Shown here: one piece after another, positions 53,666 to 64,000 of the stretch | Layout: every line of letters starts with the position of its first letter | Position numbering within the stretch: the first letter of the stretch is position 1 | Assembly: GCA_039621445.1 (NCBI GenBank) | Contig: CP154954.1 | Coordinates: 14,743,667 to 14,807,666 of the forward strand | Direction: 5' to 3' | Origin: Euglena gracilis | Taxonomy: Eukaryota | Length of the DNA stretch: 64,000 nt | Position numbers and translations under genes: made by a program | Notes under the pieces: generated by a model | The model's input: only the letters and a program-made list of their open reading frames with translations | Database searches by the model: none | Told to the model about the DNA's origin: nothing

Positions 53666-56600
53666 CCATGGAAGCTGAGGACCACCCTCGGTAAGTCTCG
53701 CGGATTTAGTCACCCCTTTTCACCCCAGGGTTTCACACTTTCTTTTTGACAATCAACAGAAAGATTCAGGGTCCTTTGGTAATGAAGGTGCCCATTGTTC
53801 TTTTTTCCCCATTGGGCCACAGAGACCCCCCGCCAGGCTTATGGTTGGGACAGTCCGTTGCGGTATATCATTTGCAGTTATAAGACGCTGTTCTTGAAAC
53901 TCTTTCTTTGTGTTGGATATTTTATTTTTGCGTCTCTTTGTTATGAGCATGTGTTGACTTTGAAAGTTTTGGTTAGAAATGATTCCGATTCAAATCTGAC
54001 TTTGGGGCCAAGGTTTGATATAAGGAGGGCGTACATGGTTTAGGTGGGGGGTGTCCCCCCCACCCCCCCCCCCCTCCTGGCCCGCAGGGGGTGTCCGGAC
54101 CCCCCCCACCTGCCAGGGGGTCCGGATCGACCCTGGGGGGGTACCCGGGACCCCCCAAAAGGGTCAATTTTTTCCTCCGGCGCTTCGCGCCGAATTTTTT
54201 TTGCATTTTTTGGCACATTTTAGCCCCAAAAGTGCCCAAAATGGCACTTTTGGTCGGTTTGGGGGGTCAAAAATTTTCGGCTGGTGCTTCGCGCTGGGCC
54301 GAAAATCGGTCACTCGGGCCGCACCCCTGTTTAGGTGGGGGGGGTGTCCCCCCCCACCCCCCCACCTCCTGGCCTGCAGGGGGGGGTCCGGACCACCCCC
54401 CCCACCTGTCCTTACATCGAACCCTGTTTGGGGCCCAATTTTCAGCTGAGACCTTTTTCATTAGAAACGTGAGAAAGGGAAAAAAATATTATTATATTAT
54501 TAATTGTATTTATGTCACAACAATACAAACGTTTGGAAGTCCATGGAAGCTGAGGACCACCCTCGGTAAGTCTCGCAGATTTAGTCACCCCTTTTCACCC
54601 CAGGGTTTCACACTTTCTTTTTGACAATCAACAGAAAGATTCAGGGTCCTTTGGTAATGAAGGTGCCCATTGTTCTTTTTTCCCCATTGGGCCACAGAGA
54701 CCCCCCGCCAGGCTTATGGTTGGGACAGTCCGTTGCGGTATATCATTTGCAGTTATAAGACGCTGTTCTTGAAACTCTTTCTTTGTGTTGGATATTTTAT
54801 TTTTGCGTCTCTTTGTTATGAGCATGTGTTGACTTTGAAAGTTTTGGTTAGAAATGATTCCGATTCAAATCTGACTTTGGGGCCAAGGTTTGATATAAGG
54901 AGGGCGTACATGGTTTAGGTGGGGGGTGTCCCCCCCACCCCCCCCCCCTCCTGGCCCGCAGGGGGGGTCCGGACCACCCCCCCCACCTGCCAGGGGGGTC
55001 CGGATCGACCCTGGGGGGGTACCCAGGACCCCCCAAAAAGGGTCAATTTTTTTGCATTTTTTGGCACGTTTTAGCCCCAAAAGTGCCCAAAATGGCACTC
55101 TTGGTCGTTTTGGGGGGTCAAAAATTTTCGGCTGGCGCTTCGCGCCGGGCCGAAAATCGGTCACTCGGGCCGCACCCCTGTTTAGGTGGGGGGGGGTGTC
55201 CCCCCCCCCCCCCCCCCCCTCCTGGCCTGCAGGGGGGGTCCGGACCACCCCCCCCCACCTGTCCTTACATCGAACCCTGTTTGGGGCCCAATTTTCAGCT
55301 GAGACCTTTTTCATTAGAAACGTGAGAAACGGAAAAAATATTATTATATTATTAATTGTATTTATGTCACAACAATACAAACGTTTGGAAGTCCATGAAA
55401 GCTGAGGACCACCCTCGGTAAGTCTCGCGGATTTAGTCACCCCTTTTCACCCCAGGGTTTCACACTTTCTTTTTGACAATCAACAGAAAGATTCAGGGTC
55501 CTTTGGTAATGAAGGTGCCCATTGTTCTTTTTTCCCCATTGGGCCACAGAGACCCCCCCGCCAGGCTTATGGTTGGGACAGTCCGTTGCGGTATATCATT
55601 TGCAGTTACAAGACGCTGTTCTTGAAACTCTTTCTTTGTGTTGGATATTTTATTTTTGAGTCTCTTTGTTATGAGCATGTGTTGACTTTGAAAGTTTTGG
55701 TTAGAAATGATTCCGATTCAAATCTGACTTTGGGGCCAAGGTTTGATATAAGGAGGGCGTACATGGTTGAGGTGGGGGGTGCCCCCCCCCCCCCCCCCCT
55801 CCTGGCCCGCAGGGGGGGTCCGGACCACCCCCCCCCACCTGCCAGGGGGGTCCGGATCGACCCTGGGGGGGTACCCAGGACCCTCCAAAAAGGGTCAATT
55901 TTTTTGCATTTTTTGGCACGTTTTAGCCCCAAAAGTGCCCAAAATGGCACTTTTGGTCGTTTTGGGGGGTCAAAAATTTTCGGCTGGCGCTTCGCGCCGG
56001 GCCGAAAATCGGTCACTCGGGCCGCACCCCTGTTTAGGTGGGGGGGGTGTCCCCCCCCCACCCCCCCACCTCCTGGCCTGCAGGGGGGGGTCCGGACCAC
56101 CCCCCCCCACCTGTCCTTACATCGAACCCTGTTTGGGGCCCAATTTTCAGCTGAGACCTTTTTCATTAGAAACGTGAGAAACGGAAAAAATATTATTATA
56201 TTATTAATTGTATTTATGTCACAACAATACAAACGTTTGGAAGTCCATGAAAGCTGAGGACCACCCTCGGTAAGTCTCGCGGATTTAGTCACCCCTTTTC
56301 ACCCCAGGGTTTCACACTTTCTTTTTGACAATTAACAGAAAGATTCAGGGTCCTTTGGTAATGAAGGTGCCCATTGTTCTTTTTTCCCCATTGGGCCACA
56401 GAGACCCCCCCCCCGCCAGGCTTATGGTTGGGACAGTCCGTTGCGGTATATCATTTGCAGTTATAAGACGCTGTTCTTGAAACTCTTTCTTTGTGTTGGA
56501 TATTTTATTTTTGCGTCTCTTTGTTATGAGCATGTGTTGACTTTGAAAGTTTTGGTTAGAAATGATTCCGATTCAAATCTGACTTTGGGGCCAAGGTTTG

Positions 56601-58005
56601 ATATAAGGAGGGCGTACATGGTTTAGGTGGGGGGTGTCCCCCCCACCCCCCCCCCTCCTGGCCCGCAGGGGGGGTCCGGACCACCCCCCCCCACCTGCCA
56701 GGGTGGTCCGGATCGACCCTGGGGGGGTACCCAGGACCCCCCAAAAAGGGTCATTTTTTTCCTCCGGCGCTTCGCAGCTATTTTTTTTTTTTTTTTTTTT
56801 TTTGCAAAAGTGCCCAAAATGGCACTTTTGGTCGTTTTGGGGGGTCAAAAATTTTCGGCTGGTGCTTCGAGCCTGGCCGAAAATAGGTCAGTGGGGCCGC
56901 ACTCCTGTTTATGTGGGGGGGGTGTCCCCGGCCCACCCCCCCCCCCACCTCCTGGCCGGCAGGGGGGGTCCGACCCACCCCCCCCCACCTGTCCTTACAT
57001 CGAACCCTGTTTGGGGCCCAATTTTCAGCTGAGACCTTTTTCATTAGAAACGTGAGAAAGGGAAAAAAATATTATTATATTATTAATTGTATTTATGTCA
57101 CAACAATACAAACGTTTGGAAGTCCATGGAAGCTGAGGACCACCCTCGGTAAGTCTCGCAGATTTAGTCACCCCTTTTCACCCCAGGGTTTCACACTTTC
57201 TTTTTGACAATCAACAGAAAGATTCAGGGTCCTTTGGTAATGAAGGTGCCCATTGTTCTTTTTTCCCCATTGGGCCACAGAGACCCCCCGCCAGGCTTAT
57301 GGTTGGGACAGTCCGTTGCGGTATATCATTTGCAGTTATAAGACGCTGTTCTTGAAACTCTTTCTTTGTGTTGGATATTTTATTTTTGCGTCTCTTTGTT
57401 ATGAGCATGTGTTGACTTTGAAAGTTTTGGTTAGAAATGATTCCGATTCAAATCTGACTTTGGGGCCAAGGTTTGATATAAGGAGGGCGTACATGGTTTA
57501 GGTGGGGGGTGCCCCCCCCACCCCCCCCCCCCTCCTGGCCCGCAGGGGGGGTCCGGACCACCCCCCCCCCCACCTGCCAGGGTGGTCCGGATCGACCCTG
57601 GGGGGGGGGGGTACCCAGGACCCCCCAAAAGGGTCAATTTTTTCCTCCGGCGCTTCGCGCCGAATTTTTTTTGCATTTTTGGCACATTTTAGCCCCAAAA
57701 GTGCCCAAAATGGCACTTTTGGTCGTTTTGGGGGGTCAATTAATTTTCGGCTGGTGCTTCGCGCTGGGCCGAAAATCGGTCACTCGGGCCGCACCCCTGT
57801 TTAGGTTGGGAGGGGGGGTGTCCCCAACCCACCCCCCCAACTCCAGGCCTGCAGGGGGGGTCCGGACCACCCCCCCCCACCTGTCCTTACATCGAACCCT
57901 GTTTGGGGCCCAATTTTCAGCTGAGACCTTTTTCATTAGAAACGTGAGAAACGGAAAAAAACATTATTATATTATTAATTGTATTTATGTCACAACAATA
58001 CAAAC
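53666..58005. repeat. Tandem array of five ~850-880-bp units, each containing one MITE
   Basis: Units start at 53666, 54541, 55393, 56245 and 57124 (CCATGRAAGCTGAGGACCACC) and are near-identical. Confidence 0.97.
54009..54426. mobile_element. hAT-like MITE of the 36174-36551 family, TSD TTTGGGGC, repeated in every array unit
   Basis: CAAGGTTTGATATAAGG ... CCTTACATCGAACCCTG flanked by TTTGGGGC at 54001-54008 and 54427-54434. Confidence 0.92.
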
Positions 58006-59541
58006 TTTTTTACAACAATCTTTTTCTCAAAGGGAAAGATAAAATTATGTTTCTTTTTTTAGAACATTTCAAACAAAATGAGTTTTAATGACTAATTTAA
58101 TATTTTCAAAATAGAATGAGTCACTACCCTAGTTTTTATTGGACAACTTTTTTTTTCTTTCAGAACAACATTCCAGGATTCTGCCAGAATTCTGCAAGTT
58201 CACGACCTTGACCAGAATACAACTCCGGAGGTCAAAGTGGGGGACTGAATTCCCTTTTCTCTGCCACGGCCCACAGATTTTTTTGGGGCCTCAACTTCTC
58301 AAAACCTCAATTTCTGCCGTTTTGGAGAAAAAAATTGTCAGAGTCGGAACATTTGGAATTTTGGGCCATTTTTGGGATCAGATTTTGACCAACAATCCCT
58401 GGACTCATTAACTCCCCATTTAGTTCATTCACCGTTTCATTGACCGATCCCAACCATGGTGTAATCACTCTTGGGCATTGTTTTTGCTCCATAGGGACAA
58501 CCCGCCTAAGAGAAAACCCAGACGAAGATGACGGAAGTACCCGCATCACCGTAGAGGCATTTGGAGTTTCAGAGACCTCCTCCATCAGAAAGGAGTATCC
58601 ACATGTGCAGGGACACCAGGGATTTCAGGGACCTCCTTGATTCGTCACTCCCTGGTGTTGACATCAAAAATATTTCGTCTGAGTTGGAAATGCAAAAGAA
58701 AGCACTTCTGTCGATCAGAAGGACGGTCCCTAACTTAAAAAAAACAATCCTGTCGCAATACACTTCAACCGAAAAATAAGGACTTTTTACATGCAGGCGT
58801 CACTCTCCGGAAAGTCCGCAATGGGAAGTGAGGATCCCGCCTTTGATAAAATCGCTCAGTCTTCCCGAGTTTCCAAGTACCCCTCGGGTTTCCAAGCTCC
58901 CCACGGCCAAGAGGATCTGTGAAAACGTACGAGGCGACAGCAATACTTTGTTGTGTTTGACTTTGACCTAATAATGATGGTGAAACCACGGCTCGTTTGT
59001 TTCGTCCCGTCCCCCACCGCCGCTGCCGGCCCACCCTGGCAGTCTCTTCCTTCCACTGTTGTGCCTCTGCCACTTGGCTGGGACGCTCCCCCCTCCGGTC
59101 TGCACCGCCAGCGCTGACGCACCGCCAGCGCGCCGGGCCTTCCACACACGCACTCAGCCGCTGCGAGTCGCACACTCTCGGGTGACAAAGAGACCTTTCC
59201 ACCCCTGGAACGACCCCGTGTGGAAAGCCATGCAAGACAACCGTTCACAAGTCTCTCTCTTTTTGCTCTCTGTTCCTGCTCTTTTCCAGGAGCAGGCATG
59301 ATTATTTTTAATGCACCTTTCCCCCGAAATTTTAAGCATTTTAAGGCCTTTTTAAGACCTTTTTAGGCTTTTTAAGCCTTTTTAAGGCACTATTTTGGTC
59401 CAAGGGCTGTTGACCCTTAAAAGCGAGTAATCCGTCAGCGTCCAGCCGCCCTTCGGGCGGCGGGAAATAAACACATCTCATTGATGGGGGGGAGGGGGGG
59501 TCCAGGGCTGCAAAAAGTTGCGCCCCCCCCCCCCCCCGGAC

Positions 59542-59826
59542 GGGTCCCAGAAAATTTGGAATCCTCACTTTTGGTTACCTGGAGCCTCCAGGGAGGCTCC
59601 AGGGAGGCTGGTTACCTGAGCCTCCCTGGAGCCTCCCTGGAGCCTCCTGGAGGCTCCCTAAAAAGGAGCCTCCCTGGAGGCTGGTTACCTGAGCCTCCCT
59701 GGAGCCTCCCTGGAGCCTCCTGGAGGCTCCCTAAAAAGGAGGCTCCAGGGAGGCTGGTTACCTAAGCCTCCCTGGAGCCTCCCTGGAGCCTCCCTGGAGC
59801 CTCCGGCAGGTAACCAATTTTGTACA
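59542..59826. mobile_element. Solo left arm of the GGAGCCTCC-array element
   Basis: Near-identical to 3101-3386; no cargo or right arm follows. Confidence 0.85.
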
Positions 59827-61080
59827 ATTTTGTTAAACAAGAAAACCCAAGCAAATATGATAAAACAAAAAAATTGCTTTCTGAAGCACACAACAAGTCA
59901 GTGACTACACAGGGAGGAGAAATCCCTAAAATCCCTAAAGACAGGACAGCGGGAACAGAGGGGAGAGTACAGTTTCCCGGGCAGGTCTGGGTCAGAAGGG
60001 AAAAGAGCTGACATTTTCGTCCCTGGGGGAAAGTGCCTCACCTTCCGAAACAGCAGGGGGAGACAGCAGACAGAGCATTGACGAAGGGAAGGCTGGGGGA
60101 AGAATATCAAGGGGCCAAGTTTGGATGCTAAGAATTTTGTTGGGCCATGAGCAAAATAACCCAAACTGTAAAAAGGTCCAAGATAACAAGTAATGCCGAG
60201 GGTTCACTTTTGGGGCAAGCCTGCATGCAACGAGGAGGGGGCAAAACGCCCGAGGAAGGGTGTTCAGGGAAGAGATACCCCCCAAACCAGCAAAGGAAAC
60301 AATCCCCCTGCTCAAAACACGGCAAGGTTTTGGGTTTGTTCTTGACACGGGCAATCAATGACACAGTGTGTGAAATAAAAGGGGGCCAAGGTATGTCTGT
60401 CCCTTGGGAAACACCTGCTTCGATTGCTAAATCCCCCGAATAAGCAATTGGTCGCCTATATTTATGTTTCTGAAAAGGGGCTGAAGGTGATTTGAATTTG
60501 GGGGTGAATGTTTCTTTCAAGCTCTCCAATGCCATTTTCATGAATAGTTTCTTCACAGCACCAGGCTCGGAATGTCTTTTGTTTGGGGTTTGCTTGCATT
60601 CAGGTGTCGGCCAAAATAGTCCAAAGGGCTGCTGAAATTTGGGGGTTACTCACAAAGGGGTTGCTAACATTGGGTGGTTTTTTCACGGTCCTTGCTATGG
60701 TGTTTCCAGTCTAATTCATCCCGTCAGGCTGGCCCTGTCCACCCCCAGGTCTCTCCCTCCTGGCCAGGCATTGTTATTTTTAAGGCGGCTAGAAAAACTT
60801 TAAAATCCCTTAAAATCCTTAAAATGGACTGGCGGAATTTTCTCTGACCGATCAAGAATCAAAGATCAAAATCTCTCCAAAACAAGCCAACTTCCGGAAG
60901 AAAAAATGATGTCTGGCATTGCTGGAACATTATCTATCCAACCAGAACTCAAAAAATGTGTTTTCCCCTAATTCAGTTGTTTCGTCATTAGTCTTGCTTT
61001 TTTGTGGTTAAACCCCCCCATGGGTTGCTGGCTTACAACAACTGGTATTTTCATCTGGGTGGCTCGTTTGCACCCTAAAG

Positions 61081-61465
61081 CAGGGGGTGCAAACACATTT
61101 TTTTCGCATTTTTTGCGCATTTTTTCAAATTTTCCAAAAATGCGCATTTTTGCGCATTTTTTCGCATTTTTTGCGCATTTTTTTTTCATTTTTTTCAGCG
61201 CATTTTTTTTTTTTTGCTTTTCAGCACATTTTTTCGTGATTTTCCAAAATTTTCGCATTTTTTGACCATTTTTGCAATTTTCGACTTTTTTTGAAACTTA
61301 CATTTTCCTCATTATTCTACATAATTTCTTCAAATTTGGTGCCATTTTTGCATGTTTTTGGTTTTTTTTTAATTTTTCGCATTTTCGTGATTTTGCGCAT
61401 TTTTTTCTGCACATTTTGCGCATTTTTTGCACATTTTTGCGCTTTTTTTTTTTTTTTCGTGCGAG
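61081..61465 (+). mobile_element. One-ended CAGGGGG-start MITE with TTTTGCGCA/TTTTCGCA repeats
   Basis: Absent from the paralogous site at ~24730-24760; right TIR not seen. Confidence 0.6.
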
Positions 61466-63004
61466 ACATTGGGATCTTAATAACTGTCCTGAATTAGTTT
61501 GCCCCTTGGTCTGTTGTGGCCAACACGAACACAACGGGGGGGGGAGCATTTAACCTCAACCCAGATTTGGACGGCATTTGCAACGTTCTATCCGCCCCCA
61601 CCCCCTCCTTTTCCCAGGTTAGCCATATTTTCAACAAAATGCTCTCCTCTCTGTCGCTGCCCTGCGGTGCCGATGTGCGGGTTGAGTGGACGGGCTCCAG
61701 AGCGGCTAAGGCGGCGTGCAGGCGATTGATTGCTGCGTTTAGCCGAAGGTTGGGGTGGTAACTACCTTCCCTGGATGGGTATGCTTTTTATGGTTGCATG
61801 GGATTGTATGGAAAATATGAAAAAGGAGTACGCGGGCTCGGCGACCTTGTTTTTGCATAGGTCTCCCACACGTCATCGTCAAGTGCTTCCAACAGAGAGT
61901 GATTTCCAGCAACAGGCCAATGATCAGCAGTTCTTTTTCCAGTTTCTTGTCTTTTTTTACCCTGCAAGTTTTATTCCTGAAGTTTAGTTGTTGTAATTGT
62001 TTGGCTGTTTGGAGGCACCATTGGCCGAGTCGGCCCAGCCAGGGCAGACTGGGGCCAACCATGGCGGATTTCTCAGGTGGGGTTGAGACCAGGGCCAGCC
62101 GGGGGGGGGGGGGGGCCGCCGCCAACCACGTGCACCACGTGTGGCACCGTGTGCACCGCGTGACGCAGTGTGCACCATGTGGGAAATTTCACTCATTTCC
62201 AACATCGCTCAAACTTTTTTCCCACTTTGGCCACCTTTGGCTGCTTTTAACCTCCTTTTTCATTCTTCGGCTACTTGTTGCCAATTTTTTTTCCTTTTTT
62301 TGTTTTGTTTCCCATTTGAACCATTTTTGATGCTGTTGTTGGTCATTTTTGGCCGCTGATTTGCAATTTTGACAATGTCTCAATTTTGAGTCTTTTTAGC
62401 CATTGCTTTGCCTGTTGTGGTGGTTGCAGATCTGGTGGGGCGTCGTGGTGCAGCACCATGCATTCCACGCGGTGCCGCGAAACATGTGATGCACGCGTTG
62501 CGGAAGCATCCCCAGCGCCGAATGAAATTTGAATTTGAAATTTGAAAAATGAAATTTGTCGACCAACTTATTGGAAGTGAGTGCAAAGCATTCTGCCCTG
62601 TTCCCTCTCCCTCTCCTCATTCTCTGGTTTGTAATCAGGAAGAGCCACAGGGCGATGCAATTTCCACAGACAATTTGTCCGGTGTCAAGAAGATGTGACG
62701 AGGAAAATGCATCATGATGTAAAAAAGGCAGCTTTTTGGGACTTCGCCTACTTCCATTCTGACCAATTTCTTTCAGCAACCAAAAAAAAGGAAGTATGGC
62801 CAACGAAACTGAATTTATCTGAGTGTCATGCAGAGAGCATATTTTTTTTTGCGCTTTGAAGCAGGGGTTATCTTTAAGCCGAACCAATTCGAATCTATTC
62901 GTGGGGGGTCCAGCATCCTTTCCACAGCCTTTCTACATTTGCCCCTCCCCGGCTGGGCAGCAGACCTCCCTTTTGTTTGGAGCTTTGGTTGTTATTTGAT
63001 TGAA

Positions 63005-63077
63005 ATGGTGCAATTTGCATGTGATTTGATGGTCCAATTTGCATGTGGTTTGATGGTGCAATTTGCATGTGATTTGT
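63005..63077. repeat. 24-bp tandem repeat x3 (ATGGTGCAATTTGCATGTGATTTG)
   Basis: Three adjacent copies; one diverged copy at the paralogous site ~26970. Confidence 0.85.
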
Positions 63078-64000
63078 GAACCATGAAGGTAGTGCCGGAA
63101 GCCATTGTTGGTGGTAAAAGAGTGTTAATGGAGTGGGAGCACAAGAGCTCCAAGATTGGAATTGCGTGTGATTGCTCAGACGGATCAAGTTGCGAAGGAT
63201 AGTGAAGGAAAATAGTGAAATTGTTTTCAAATTGAAATGGATAAATTCCTTGAAAGTTGGAAAAAAATGGCTCACCGTGGCAAAACGGCAAAGTGACTAA
63301 AACTGGGCTTGGGGATGCATTGGCTGTTGAAGAGAAGAAAGCTTTCGAAGGCAATGTAGCTGCTTAATTGAATGAAATGCATCTTCTTTGCTTTAAATAT
63401 TTTTTCCAGAGATTCTCACATGAAAATATTACAGTTGAGATTGCTGTTATTGAAGCTCCAGAGGGGTGGGTCCTAATCAGCTGTTGGATTGAACCGGCTT
63501 GGCACCCGAAAGCGGCAAAAAAATGCCCAAACCCACCTGCCTTGGGTTTTTTTTTCAGCCAGTTTATTGAGGTGAAAACCCCAAAAACTATCAAATTTTG
63601 GAAAATGGCCATTTTTGACCATTTTGGACCCCTTGTCATCAACCTTTTTTTCGGTCCAGGCTGGTTTCACTGTCCTGCTGAGATTTTATTGTCACTCACC
63701 GGCTGGCAGGTGTTAGTTGGCAATTTGTTCAACCCAAGACAACCGATCCCACAAGAATACCTCCCTCTTCGACCTGAATGAGACGAAGACGGAAAACGGA
63801 AATACGTGAAGCGCCTGTTCGGCAAAACCCTCCGAAGAGAGATCTTTGCCTCATTATTCAAGGGCAAACGTGCAAATAAGGATGTGTTAGCCATCCCGAT
63901 ACTGGACTGACTTCCTGGTGGATCGGGAGGAAACAAATTTATCGGATGGCAAAACTTTCGCCTAGGACCCCGTACAAAATTTCCTGAACTTAAACCGGTG

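Larger units (their letters stand above)
37500..64000. repeat. Giant degenerate repeat unit, copy B (runs off the right end)
   Basis: Collinear with copy A. Also 37540-38310 ~ 30790-31450 and 38455-38700 ~ 31850-32110; 38730-39395 is the reverse complement of 1-760. Confidence 0.8.

Noticed and set aside
63012-63070. Three ATTTGCAT octamer motifs as a regulatory site
   Set aside because: By-product of a local 24-bp triplication, not conserved in the paralog.

Overview
This is gene-poor, repeat-saturated eukaryotic DNA with one 13-N assembly gap (32655-32667). I found no intact recognisable gene, rRNA, tRNA or CRISPR array. The host cannot be identified from the sequence; a euglenid-like protist is only a guess. 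The window resolves into four layers. (1) A giant (~30 kb or more) degenerate unit appears to be repeated head-to-tail: copy A at <1-~30.5 kb, the start of another copy at 30.8-32.65 kb, and copy B at 37.5->64 kb. The copies are collinear except for two inversions. (2) Many non-autonomous DNA transposons sit inside these units, several confirmed by empty sites in a paralogous copy. They include CAG...CTG MITEs with 8-bp TSDs (hAT-like, one triple-nested), a cargo-carrying foldback/MULE-like element with a 9-bp TSD and an 18-bp minisatellite, and a second foldback-like element. (3) A young GC-rich cluster of related elements lies between (CT)n tracts and encodes a gag/ORF1-like RGG + coiled-coil frame. 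(4) Recent tandem amplifications: 5 x ~860 bp with a shared filler junction, and a 2.5-kb duplication. The most provocative inference is that the MITE geometry (CAG/CTG ends plus 8-bp TSD) exactly fits the euglenid nonconventional-intron consensus, so these elements could generate seamlessly spliceable introns. All alignments and identities were judged by eye.
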